Below, piece by piece: positions 12,026 to 23,518 of a stretch of 33,377 nucleotides of DNA. The notes under the pieces were generated by a model that did not search any database, was not told the origin of the DNA, and saw nothing but the letters and a program-made list of their open reading frames with translations. The stretch is from Perkinsus olseni (Eukaryota). The stretch's first letter is position 1. The number at the start of each line of letters is the position of its first letter. Both the position numbers and the translations under genes were made by a program. The stretch is taken from NCBI GenBank assembly GCA_013115125.1, contig JABANN010000388.1:1-33377 (forward strand), read 5' to 3'.

Positions 12026-15000
12026 ATGAACAGGTCAGAGGAGGGCTCTAGAAGTATGACAACTCCTGCACGTGTCTCGTCACATCGTCTCTGCCGATTA
12101 GTGGAGACTACCAGTGAGGAGGCTCTGGTGCTGCAAGAGCAATTGGTGAACATGGAACGAAAGTTGATGGAGGGAAAAATGGAGCAAGCGAAAGTGAATT
12201 GGGATCTGCGTGAGCTGTGCATGAAGCTGATCAGACTGTCGACCAGAGAATACGCCTGACAACTCAGCTAGAAGAAGAGAAACGGAAAGTAGCGGGGCTT
12301 ATCGCTGAGAATATATCGTCCCAGGAGGCCCAGCTGAAGGCCGAAGAACGGCGGATAGAGGTGAATAGGTTCGGGAGTAGCGCATGACCCCCAGGCTCAA
12401 CACAGGCGGTGGAGGGCTTACTTTCGGCGAGAGCCGAGGCTCTTGACGCGCTGGAGGAGAAGAAGCAAGTGGAATTAACCTCACAGAACGACACCAACGA
12501 GCTAAGAGATGTATGATGTTGGTCCGCCTTTCAGAAGATGCGCAACATGAGAGAACTTCCTGGCCGTAGCGCAACAGGGAAACTATCTTAGTAATAGAGT
12601 GAAGAATGGGAATATCTAGCACGGTTTAGCTCAGCCCTGTCACTGTGTGGTACACCGAAGCAAGGGTTGAGACCGACGCAGCCTCGGCTATCGAAACTTG
12701 TGGCGGCTTGTCGATGAGACACACAGTTCTCATGGAGTTGTGGATGCAGGAGCTCGAAAGACTACAGCAAGAACTGAAGGAGAAAGGGGCGTTACTCAGC
12801 GCGGCACAGGAGTCCGCTGGGAGCCTTCGAGATCAACAACAGGAGGGCAAGCGAATTACTGACAAGCTGGCCGATGAATTGAAATCGGTCGAAGTGGAGT
12901 TGGCCAAGGAGAGAGCGAGGAATGAAGAACTGTCCCTGCAGGTGTGCCAACTTAGGACTCGTCTGGGGGTTAGCCCGTTAGTACTACTAACTTAGTAGGC
13001 TGGCGAATGAGAACTGTTACCCTGGTTTGGGTTGACCATAGTCTATGTTCAACCTAAACCAGAGTAACAGTTCTCCAGTTCTATGGTCCAAAAAAACCGT
13101 ACAGCTTAGGGTGGACGTTCTCACACTCAAACTCACAATTAGAACAGCGATGTGAAATGGCATCTAGTAGTGAAGAGGCTACATAGCTGATGACTGGATA
13201 CACGACAGTGTCGTGACGACACAGCATTAACTGTGTGTGGTTGGGCACTTGAAGCAGCGTTGGGAAGATATAAGGGGCATCAAGACCTCGTCGCCACGAT
13301 CGCTTAGACGTGCATAACCCTAGCCTACGCACTTTGGATCTGATCGACAGGGTTCCTCTAGCATTCCATCACCACAGATGGTGATGCTCATTCAGATAAT
13401 AAATCTGGCAGGCAAAGGGGTCGAGCTCGAAAGAGAGAGGCAACTTGCAGGAGAAGAACGAACTCACGTACAAACTGAGCTGGCGTCTCTGAAGGCAGCA
13501 CTGGGTGAGAACGAGGGCTCCTTCAAAAGGAACCTCACGCGACCTTTCAACCCAGTAGTTCACCACATTCTGGGGGTGCTCAGGCGATGAAAGGTTAGTA
13601 GCTTTTTAGCCATTCTATTTCTGTTGAAAATGAACACTTATTTACTGCTTGTCGGAAGCGGAGACAAGCGTATCTTGGACCTCAGATTCCGAGTCCAGCT
13701 CACTTCAAGAACGGCTTCGACAAGCAGAGGAAAATATCGAACAGGAGAAGCAGGAAAAGGAACAGCTGAGATCTGAACTTGAACAGGCGCGCGTACGTCG
13801 ATACCGCCGTGTTTATCATGTGTGGGTTAAGCAAATTCTCGAGTATGTCTCAGTGCTCTGCCGAGGAAGAGAAGTCTAATCTTAAGATGCGTTTAACGGA
13901 AGAGCATCGCTTGCAGGCTGAGAGGGATGCCGAGGAAATAGTAAGCCGTAAGGATTCCATCTTGTCAGCATGGTACGTGTGAGCTTACAATTCATCATCG
14001 GAGCGGCTTTGACGGAACCGGTTCAGTTGCCTTTTCACAGATCTGCTCCTGGTACCATTAGATATGGTAAGATATCATATCGGTTCGCTAAGTTTTACCT
14101 TTTCCTGGATAGAATGAAGATTATCCATCGATCTTGAAAATCAAGAAGAATTTTCTAAACCTTTTCTTTCTCCTCTAATTTTCTGAATTGAGAGGATCGA
14201 GTTGATTTATTGATAGCAACTCTCGTAAGATTCATCCGGAAGTAGAAGGCGTGTATGGATTCGGCACCATCCGAACGGTGTTCAGAGTTACTTGGTCCAG
14301 CACCGCCCTGCCGGCTGAGATTTACAAGCACTCTAACCATATCAGGACCGTATGAGTATTCAAGTTCGGGAGCTCGAGGAAAAGCTTGAGAATATCAAAG
14401 CAGAGAAGGGAAATTTGGACGCTAAGGTCGAGTCTTTGCAGATGAAACTCGATGAGAAGGTAAAGAGACGTTTGCAGATGATCTAAATGACTCGCCTCGT
14501 GGCGAAGACACTCATCACCGGTTTTCACGATGCCGATCGATCATTTCTCGGAAACCCTTGCGTTGACTTATCTTGATACTGCGCAACCTATTCGAAGTGA
14601 CATCCGAGTCCGTGGAGCTGAACAGTTGCGCATGACGATAATCGCTACACAGGAGCGGGAGCGGGCACCATGCCATGATAGGCTGAGTCCGTGTCACCAC
14701 AGGAGAATCTCCTGAAAACCCGAACCCGATCTCTCGAGGAAATCAGCTCGCTCATCGAAGCATAACTGGCGGGCTCGGCTCTCTCCTTCAGGAACAGCGA
14801 CATGTTGGTCTCAAGGCCGAGGTAGATGGACTCCGGGAGGAGGTCGCCAGGTTAGAGGAAGAGAGTGCTCAACAACGCGTGGAAGATCGATCGAAGATTG
14901 AGAAGCTCCTTGAATCGCTCACAGAGGTTAGTTCGAGGCTGGACGGAATCCGAATCCAGGGACCGCTCATGCGCGCGAATGCGCAGGACCTTGAAGAAGA

Positions 15001-16968
15001 AATGTCATCAACTTCGGAAATTCCTAACTGGAAGGCTTGCAAGACTTGAACCTCGAACTTCTCCGGGCCGTCAGAACATGTCCAACGAACACCTGTTCTT
15101 CTAGCTACTATTGGAGTAACCATCCAGAGGATGGTCCATGACGGACCGTCCGTCTCCTACTTCTTCTCAACACGGCATGGTGGATAGAGTTATTGAGACC
15201 TCTTACGCGTACAATACGAACATGCAACTGTTCTAGCATGTTAAGCTACGCTATAGGGACACAACAGCGGCGAAAAATTGTCATCAACAACACAACAAGG
15301 CCATAACAGCCCTGATTTGAGTCAAATAATTTGACTGAACCATATGCAAGCTTGGTTTTTCTATGCTTTGTTGGATCGTATATACAAGGTTGGAAATTTC
15401 CCGACGGAAAATTCCGAAATACATTTTTCGGGAAATAGCCAACCTGGACCATAGGAGTTTATAGACTTTTATGCTCCAGTGAGTTGTAGTGTAAATCACA
15501 ACAGACCTGCTCAAGGTGGACGACTCATCGGCGTGTTGGAACAGGCACAACCAGAGGGAGAGGCGGTTCTCATCGATGCCACGAAGATAGACCTCGTGAG
15601 CCACGATAAGTAACTCAGTAGCTCGTCCGAGGAGCTGCTAGGCCCTCACTCGATTGGTTGAATCCGCCAACAAAAGCTGCGAAGGGGAGAAGCGCCTGCG
15701 CCGTGAAAAGAGGCAACTGCTGAGCAGGGTGCGAGAGCTCGAGGGACTGGCATCCTCCGCGAAGGTGAGAAGAAGTGGGCGAAATATGGCATCGAATATG
15801 GCTTGGTAGGTTTGGCTGGCTAAAATTCCCGAAGGAATGCGGGGTGATTCATACCTGGAGACTTTGAAAAATCTAGTACGCCGACCGCCGACTCCGCCGA
15901 GGTGCATCCTCCTTTACATAGGATGGGATTAGGACTTCATCTTCGAGTGTGCCGACGGGGGCCGAGGAAGAAAAGGTGAAGAAGGAGAGCGCTGGCTTTA
16001 ATATCACTTCGCTCAAAGTGAACGCGACCGATAGTTTTGTTCCCTTCAAGGAGATGGACGACCTCAGAGCGACTGTAAGAGACCAAAAAAGTCGGCTCTT
16101 TGAATTGCAGACGGAGTCAGCCAGCAAGGTTCAAAGATTACAGGTGATCCTTCGGAAACGACTTAGTCTTCTCCCCAGCCGTTGGACAGGTGAAAGTCGC
16201 GACGCAGGAGGCGGAGCTGGCCAGATTGCGGCATTCTGTTCAATTCCCCGCGAATGTTGAAAATCATCGGAGCGAAGAACCGAAGCTCACGAGTAGAGAC
16301 GATACGTGATCTAATAGCCAATTTTCGAAATGAGTACTGTACACTCTCGCCTGTGGCGACCACTGTCCGGCGGCTAGGCTGCAGACACGATGACTCTCGA
16401 TGAATCTCAGTGGGCTAGCTAGCTTTTTTGGATTGTTCATCTTTCCTCACATTTTAGATAGAGAGCGCGAGAAGTTTTTGAGGAAAATCCAGGACTTAGA
16501 GAAGAAGCTAGCGGCAGCCAGGGCTCAGTCGCCGCCAGATATACGCTCACTTCAGAATCGGTGGGAGATGGTCGACTGACAATAGTGAGGTAAAACCGTT
16601 AGGTGTGATGTTTTGGAGAAACAAGTCGAGCGACTGGAGGAAGAGCGGAGCGGAAATATTGTCCGAGCGACGGTGGCGGAAGAACAAGTCACTCACCTCA
16701 GCGTAAAGCCCATTGGATCGTCACGTGCTACGAATCATAGCCACTGTGTGGTGACGAGATTATTGTTCCAAAATTGAGAGCTTCCCAGTCTACTGAGCGC
16801 ACGCCAGCATCGTCGAGGCCATTCTGGTCGTTTCGTGTCTTTCCACTCAGCATTGCGGTTGTTCGTCAGGAACAGCTCGTAGCTCTAACGCAGCAGTACA
16901 GAAAGCAAGGTGCCAAGCCGCTGAAGGATGCCGGTAGAACCTACGCCGTCGCGTCTAATGGTGTGTAG
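12026..16968 (+). CDS. Large multi-exon coiled-coil protein with CCDC78-like C-terminal motif
   Basis: Many E/K/Q/L-rich heptad exons with GT-AG boundaries (EEALVLQEQLVNMERKL; ELERLQQELKEK...RNEELSLQ|IINLAGKGVELERER; LQERLRQAEENIEQEKQEKEQL; EMDDLRATVRDQKSRLFELQ). Near the end LEKQVERLEEERSGNIVRATVAEEQ|...LVALTQQYRKQ...SNGV* (stop 16968). The start is uncertain; a pyrimidine tract + CAG lies 15 nt before ATG 12026. Confidence 0.75.
13009..13075. repeat. 67-nt near-perfect fold-back hairpin in intron 12942..13396
   Basis: 33-nt arms GAGAACTGTTACCCTGGTTTGGGTTGACCATAG / CTATGTTCAACCTAAACCAGAGTAACAGTTCTC with a 1-nt spacer: 30 Watson-Crick pairs, 1 G-T, 2 mismatches. Confidence 0.9.
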
Positions 16969-17045
16969 AACAGATGAGCATTTAGAGTTATCAATTAGCC
17001 GGACGTGGTTCCATCCTCGGCTCAGTTCTCATTCCGACATTCCGC

Positions 17046-19367
17046 ATGCCAACCATGCGCTCTATCGCTCATCTGCTGGTGGTCTGTTTCGTGCATGGAG
17101 AAGAGTTTTCACCAGACCGTTGCTGGGCTTACGGTTACACTTACAATTTCTGCTGCCTGTCGAACCGGTCGAAGGCCTGCTGGCACGGTGAATATAATCG
17201 CACTTCCTGCTGTACTCAGCCAATCTTTGATGCAGAAACCGCTGTAGAGAACAGAACCATCTTTCTCACCGAGACTCTTGCTCCGAAGATTGACTTCCCC
17301 GATAGCAACTGTGAGCTTTATGAAGAGTGGAAGGAGTTCAGAGCCTCAGCGTGGGCAGCGCTGGGCGCTGAGCTGATCGGAGTGGAGGCAATGGTGACGA
17401 TCTGGGGACCGCGTCTGTTGGGCGAAGAATGTATGGAAAACGCGGCGAGTTGTGGTGGCTATGTAGCTCAGTGCAGAGTCGGCAACTTGGTCGTTGCTAT
17501 GAACATTCTACTTTCCTGCCTGAACCAAGTGAAGCGAGCGAGTGGCAGCGACGCTGTGCACTGCATCGCGTGGTTCGACTACTTTGCCAGCATTTGGAAT
17601 GGGATTGACTACAATATCCTGATGGCCACCAGATGGCCGGTCTTGGAGACGTTTGAAAGGCTCTTCTTCACAGTCCGTGGCCTCCGCGCAGAGAGGGGAC
17701 ACGTCTCCGAGGAATGCAATATGGATCGGCCGATCGATTGGATAACTCTCCGGGATTTCACCTCCAACGTGGAGTTCAGCGGCTATAACGAAACGGTTTT
17801 GAAAATTATATCCCATTATTCGCTAACAGAACCACCATCTCAGTTGAGGGACGGTGGTATATGCCGTCCGGGCCTGGCCATCGTCTGCATCCTCAAACTG
17901 TGGCTCTGCGCGGCATCTGAACCGAGCTGTGTCCACGCCTACGGTGACTACCTGATGCAGAACGAGCTGGAGTGGAATGACGGACTCAGTCTGATTGGTT
18001 GGCTGATGGCTGAGGGAGGATGGAACATACCAGTTTGGTTGAGAAGGATGCTCCGTCAAAGTGCACGCCATGAGATGGAGTTGGGCATCACCTTAACCGA
18101 CAGGATAATCTTGGGCGTTGATGGCTCGACAAAAATCGGTCAATTGGACAGGGCAAAACTGTCTGAGAGAATTTACAGCGATGGTGGTGGACGAAAGCAC
18201 GATGCCTTCACATGTCGGCAGGCTTGTCGGGCCTACCCCTTATTCGGCGTGGCAGGCGATTGTTTGTGTCTGAGGTCGCCATCGGACAGCCGCTATGCGA
18301 TGCAGAAGAGTGAGTTACTCGACAGTCTGGACGATAAAGGGGAGATCAAGGTTCATGAACCCATCACCGAAGGGAAAGTGGGCCCAGGCCCGATCAAAGA
18401 GATGACGCCTGACTTCCTCGCCCAAGGGAGTCCGTCGCTGTTCGCGCAGCTTTTGCCAATAGTGTCGAAGATTCCACCGTACAGAACCGTCCTGGCGACG
18501 ATGGTTTGGGGGCAGGAGATGTCAAGGCACATCCCGGCCTTCGCAAGCCGCGCTCGTGAACTCCGCGCAGATAACGACGTCATCGTCTACGCGCTCGACG
18601 GTGTTGCCTCTAAAGCGTGTGAGGATTCTGGGTTGCACTTCGTCACGGGTGAAGCGAGAAGTTCTCTTCAGAAGTATCTTCTGGTTCTGGCCTTACTGCA
18701 GCTTGACCGCGTTGTGATGTGGATCGACTTCGATGCCTACTGGTACAGACACCCAGCCTTTGCCCTTCCTCAAAACTGGGGTGATGGTGTAGAAATTCTT
18801 TCAGCGGTTGATTTCAACTCGGAGGACTGCCTTATGAATGCTATGTTCGCTATTAAGCCGAGTCTCCGGACGCGGCATTGGCTACTCGCCCTGTCTAGAT
18901 GGGTTTACGCCCGACCTTACGTCCACTGTCAAGTAGCGTGGATCATGTTCCTAGGGATCGTCGCGCCGGTGGGTCGTGATGTTATCCCTCCCGCTCCGGC
19001 ATGGGCTACCCTGGACCCCGACGTTTTCGTTAATGCTCTACTTTTCGATGGGTTGGGGTGGTCCGGCAATTATGACAGGCTTGCAGTCTTCCACTTCTTC
19101 TACGGATGGAACTCCGGTGCTGGGCTCGAAATGACTGCCATATACACCTTGCCTACATACAGAAATCTTCTACTTGAGCAAGATGCCTCGGATATCTTCG
19201 ACTTGGTGTATCGAGGGGACGATGTTATTTTACATGAGGTGTTGGGGCTGTCCATCACAGAGAGGCCGAAGGAGCTCAAGAGATGCCGCGAGAGTATGTC
19301 CTCGAGCGATCTCAACCTGGGGATCAAACCAGTGACGCATGTGGCAACTGTACGTCTTGCGCAGTAG
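17046..19367 (+). CDS. Intronless 773-aa secreted protein: signal peptide, Cys-rich CW..CC module, WSC-like Cys motif and C-terminal nucleotide-diphospho-sugar transferase (GT77-like) domain
   Basis: Uninterrupted 2322-nt ORF. Hydrophobic leader MRSIAHLLVVCFVHG; CWAYGYTYNFCC...CWHGEYNRTSCC; FTCRQACRAYPLFGVAGDCLC. GT-A signature KYLLVLALLQLDRVVMWIDFDAYWYRHP (DxD), then MNAMFAIKPS, HCQVAW and a late VFHF. Confidence 0.88.
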   Translation: MPTMRSIAHLLVVCFVHGEEFSPDRCWAYGYTYNFCCLSNRSKACWHGEYNRTSCCTQPIFDAETAVENRTIFLTETLAPKIDFPDSNCELYEEWKEFRASAWAALGAELIGVEAMVTIWGPRLLGEECMENAASCGGYVAQCRVGNLVVAMNILLSCLNQVKRASGSDAVHCIAWFDYFASIWNGIDYNILMATRWPVLETFERLFFTVRGLRAERGHVSEECNMDRPIDWITLRDFTSNVEFSGYNETVLKIISHYSLTEPPSQLRDGGICRPGLAIVCILKLWLCAASEPSCVHAYGDYLMQNELEWNDGLSLIGWLMAEGGWNIPVWLRRMLRQSARHEMELGITLTDRIILGVDGSTKIGQLDRAKLSERIYSDGGGRKHDAFTCRQACRAYPLFGVAGDCLCLRSPSDSRYAMQKSELLDSLDDKGEIKVHEPITEGKVGPGPIKEMTPDFLAQGSPSLFAQLLPIVSKIPPYRTVLATMVWGQEMSRHIPAFASRARELRADNDVIVYALDGVASKACEDSGLHFVTGEARSSLQKYLLVLALLQLDRVVMWIDFDAYWYRHPAFALPQNWGDGVEILSAVDFNSEDCLMNAMFAIKPSLRTRHWLLALSRWVYARPYVHCQVAWIMFLGIVAPVGRDVIPPAPAWATLDPDVFVNALLFDGLGWSGNYDRLAVFHFFYGWNSGAGLEMTAIYTLPTYRNLLLEQDASDIFDLVYRGDDVILHEVLGLSITERPKELKRCRESMSSSDLNLGIKPVTHVATVRLAQ

Positions 19368-20274
19368 CATTCCGTTATCAAGAAGTATTTATATTTTGTT
19401 TCACTAAGGCATGATAATTGTGAAATAATAATTCCGATTTTCATGTCTCATGTTGGGTACTTGCCTGGATGAAGTATGACTGATGGGCCGGCACTCCGCT
19501 ACTCTGGAGACTGCGAAACTGACTGGCAACCTCGAGGAGCTCTCGACGAGAACAGACTTAGTTTAGTTTAAAAGTAGGCAGAGGGACAATGGGTCTGTGG
19601 GAGAAATCTCAGTCTACGACGTAGACCCTCTCCGATGTATTCCCCGTCTCCATCATTAATTAGAGATACCCATTGATATCCCGTTATCCATTCACTCCGC
19701 TCAAGTAATCGGTTATCTATGTGGCTAAATTCCATTCATAAAACTAGATGAGAGTAATGTTCTTCCTTTCCCACTACGTATAGTTGTTACAGCTGGTAGT
19801 AGCTACTCGATGCCGCCTCGGCAAGTAGTTACTCAAGGTGTCCTACACCCACGGTTACGTTACTTGACTTTGATAATCTGAGGCTTTGGCAGCCTTGGGT
19901 GAACAATTGACTTAATGCCTGCTTTTACTGTGGAAGAGCGAGATGAGCTTTGTACTCATCAGTTCCTTGCCAGTATTCGTACCGTTACGGTACGAATTAC
20001 TCGTACCGTAACAGACTTCCTCTTGACAAAGATTCCGTGGTATGACTCTCTTGACAGCCGCTGTTGAGAGGAAGGAAACGCTGCGAGCCTACAATCGTAT
20101 GTACTGCGCTCGAGGGTTCTTCTGCAACCTCCTATCAGAGAGGCGGATCCCACTGGGATCATCCCAGCACTCCCTTTCGCTTTAAGTTTTCCTTCGGAAA
20201 ATCAAACTCTGTCGAGATAGGGCCTATCTGATAGGCGACGAAATCCATCGTCTCTGAAAACCACGACTTGAACG

Positions 20275-21856
20275 TCAGGGAATGGGCAGCACAGTGCTGC
20301 CAGCACTCGGTCTGCTATATCGGTCGTACACGAGCTTTAATTTCACTGTCCGTTGGCTGCGCAGTGAAATGTTCTTGCCCGCGAGAGTCTTGCGGCGAGA
20401 CCTAAAGTATCTCGTGACTAGATAGCAGCTTCCACTCTATATTACGATCACTTGTCACTTCGGTGCCACTTGTTTTTTCAAACCGTGATTTCTCCGCAAG
20501 TACCTGAAGGTCACCATCTGATGGTGAACTTCAAGCTGACCATCAATAAGCTGTATATTAAGGCGGATTCCACCGTACGTGATTTTGTAATGCTTGTTGG
20601 ATGCAATCAGAGTTTTCGCCTTACCTTCCATTCTCACAAGACGGAGTCGCAGTGTAGCGATCGCCCTGAAAATGACGGATTAGCATGGATTGACTGTCTC
20701 CGGAGACGACGACGTGGGAGTCCCACGGTGAGACTCATGTGTCGCTTGCCCAGCTCGAAACTCACGATACCATAATGTTCACCGAACAAGCTCTACTTAT
20801 GTCGCGCATTCTGGCAACAGCGCCGGATGGTGAGGTGTACGAAGGGCCACTGAGAGACCCGGTGGTTTTTAACAAGACGAGCGCTTACTTCGAAGCATCC
20901 AGCAGGCATGATGTGTTTGACGACCCGCGACTTCTACTTTTATTGATTAGAGCTTGATGATCGTTGCCAGACACTGGCCTCCGTCGTCGTCAGTATAGAG
21001 AAGAGTTAGGCCCGTGCATCTCGGATGCGTCGTGGCCGTGATGACTTGATTGAAGAGCTGCCCATACGAAGTGCAATCACTTAGCGATGTCCTTCTACGG
21101 ATGGCATTGCCGTCGTAGAGGGACTTGAGCTTGATGTCACCCCGGGTGACTCACCCGCACGTACATTGATAAACCTCGGAAAGTCGATAACTCCATCGTC
21201 ACTGGCGGAGTATCCGCTTGGATGTCGCCAAGTGATTGGCTGCCCCCTGAGGACCTTCCTCAATGCTTTAAACGATAACCCGCTAGTCGAATCAGGAAAT
21301 AGCGTGTCAGTAAGAGCCTAGCGTTGGTACTGATAGAATGATTCACCAGGTACCAAATAATGCCTCTGGCTATGTCAACTGAATGTAGAGCGGTTGTAGT
21401 GGACAAGGGCTTCAGTAGACTTCTGATCACAGCATCCCGTTGTGCGTGGAGCTTCCGCCTAGATGTGCCTCTCAGAGTCATCTTCTCCACGGGCAGGTTC
21501 ACGAATTGTGATCCGCAATTCAGTTCTCGTTGTGCAGCATCTTGTCCTAGGGGCAGCTCATATAATGACATGATCTTTGTTTCGCCGTGAAACTTTCACG
21601 CATTCGTGATCCCACCGTGCTCGTAGTGGGGTAAAGGGCAGAATTTCTGCCCTTTCTGCCGCGGAAACCTCGAAGTTGAAGAACTTCGAATTTTGCGAAG
21701 TTGAAGTTCACAGAGCCGCGAAGATGAAAGTCCGACGTGCCACCAACATTGAAGGCCCCAAAAGTGATAGTTCTATAATAAAACCTCAATCGTATCGAAA
21801 TCGAACTCACGAAGGAGTCCTTCGGAAGGACCAATACTCGGATTAAAATGTTCCAT
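20275..21856 (-). CDS. Hypothetical multi-exon gene with a PB1-like segment (partial model)
   Basis: Canonical splice signals on the minus strand (GTGAGT, GTAAGG, TTTTCAG). Exon 20947-21094 encodes RTSLSDCTSYGQLFNQVITATTHPRCTGLTLLYTDDDGGQCLATI, resembling the PB1 acidic OPCA motif (LxYxDEDGD). Phases are not fully resolved. Confidence 0.38.
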
Positions 21857-23518
21857 CACGAAACTCAAAGTTTCGAGTGTGGAATCCTCCGTGAATTTGA
21901 TGGATATTCTTTAACCTCTTTTATTTCTATTGAATGGTATATGTTGATGTTTTCCGGAGCAAGTTTGATTTAACTTCAACACCGCTATGTCCATGCGTGC
22001 AGAAAAAAGATTTTTTTGGCGCGCGAAAAGTGAGCTTCGCCTTGCAAGGCAAGGCTTGCCCTAAGATTCTCGACAAGAGCTCTTGAAAACATCCTCGATG
22101 ACGTACTCTGTGCATGGTAGCAGGTGACACAGCCGGTCTATCAATCAGTACCGAGTGCCTCACTCGGGCAGCCTGCCAGGGTTGGAGTGTTCAGTCATGC
22201 TACGCGGCCGATTGACGACATCCCCACCGAGGTCCTCAACTCGATAAGTCACAGCGATCGTTGATTATATGTTTCATCAAGCTACATCGTTGGTGGATGT
22301 GACGCGTCCTGTCACCAAGTTGATCGTTTGGCGTACTTAACAGCTCAGGTTAGTCTCTCCTCCGAGGAAGGTATTCTCGTAGATTAATGTCATTTATATG
22401 TCCCTCGTTGCTTCGTTGCTTCGACGGCCTTTTCAATACCATCCCGCCACCTGCTCGGCCAAGACCACACGGTCCAGCTGAAGGTAGTAAATTGGAGGGC
22501 ATCGTGTGCGGAAATTTTCAAGATTTTCCGGAAATTTGTGGATGATAAAATTCGGGTTTTACGAAATAGGTTGCCAATCGGTACCCAGATCGATGGAGTT
22601 TTTTTCAACAACTTCAACATTATGACGAATCTCATTCTCCTACGTAGTGCATTGCGAATCTCCTGCCCGAGAGGGGTTCTCGAATCCCTTCTCATCATTG
22701 TAGTGACGATTGTGAACCGGCCTCGGCAAGATCCGGACGCGCCCCCGACACCGTTACTCGTACTGGTAGACCTACTGGTCATCGTGTTAAATAAGCCTCT
22801 ATTGAGACGAAGCCACGCATGTTGCGATTTTGATCTCCAACAGCAAATTATTCCAGATTCATTAACTTCTATGGTATGACATAGAAGTTCCCGCACTGCT
22901 CTGCGAGAGAATCTTTTGTTCTGTGAGTTCCATGCTCGACTAAATTTGCAAATCTTCAATATCTTGGGATTTTTCGGCCACGCTAGTCGAGAACCCGTTA
23001 GTTGCCCGAAAGTGAGATGAGGGTCCAACGCCGACAATGCGGCTTAGTTGGACTAACACCATGGGGCAGTGCTTCAGCTTGTGCCTCTTCTCCATGTGAT
23101 GGTCCTTCCGAAAATACGGAAAATTCCGCTGAGCCCTGTTCTCTAAAATCGTCACTGTGCGCTCAGAGAGGCCCATCCGCCAACCTCCCGAAGGTTCAAG
23201 AGCTAAGTCGCCTAAGGATGACTCGATGCTCGGCAGTGCGAGTACCGCTAGTCGGTTGGGGAAGAAGTCAGGCGCGTAGGCAACTTTCAAATCCGGGCAT
23301 TCCGTTACTGCACGGAAGCTTTCAGGAAGCTTTCACGGAATTTATTTAGTTTCTAGATGAGCCTGTGGATCATCGGTTTTTTGGTGACAATTTTTTTGTG
23401 AAAATTATCCTGGATCTTCTCGAGTAAAGAATCCGCTGATCTAATAATGTATCTTGTAAAAGATCTTCACAAAATTCGCTTTTATATCTGCAGTTTTCGG
23501 TATGGCAGCTCCGAAAAT

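Noticed and set aside
17508-19444. Four minus-strand ORFs overlapping the 773-aa gene
   Set aside because: Antisense shadows of a long coding frame.
20677-20692. GATTAGCATGG, resembling U6 snRNA
   Set aside because: No ACAGAGA box upstream and no downstream U6 similarity.
22015-22029. E2F-like dyad TTTGGCGCGCGAAAA
   Set aside because: Single occurrence, with no evidence for the factor or a promoter position.
22390-23290. Minus-strand 215-aa and 116-aa ORFs
   Set aside because: They run through A/T-tract blocks that look intronic. A gene may exist, but no consistent exon chain or domain could be built.
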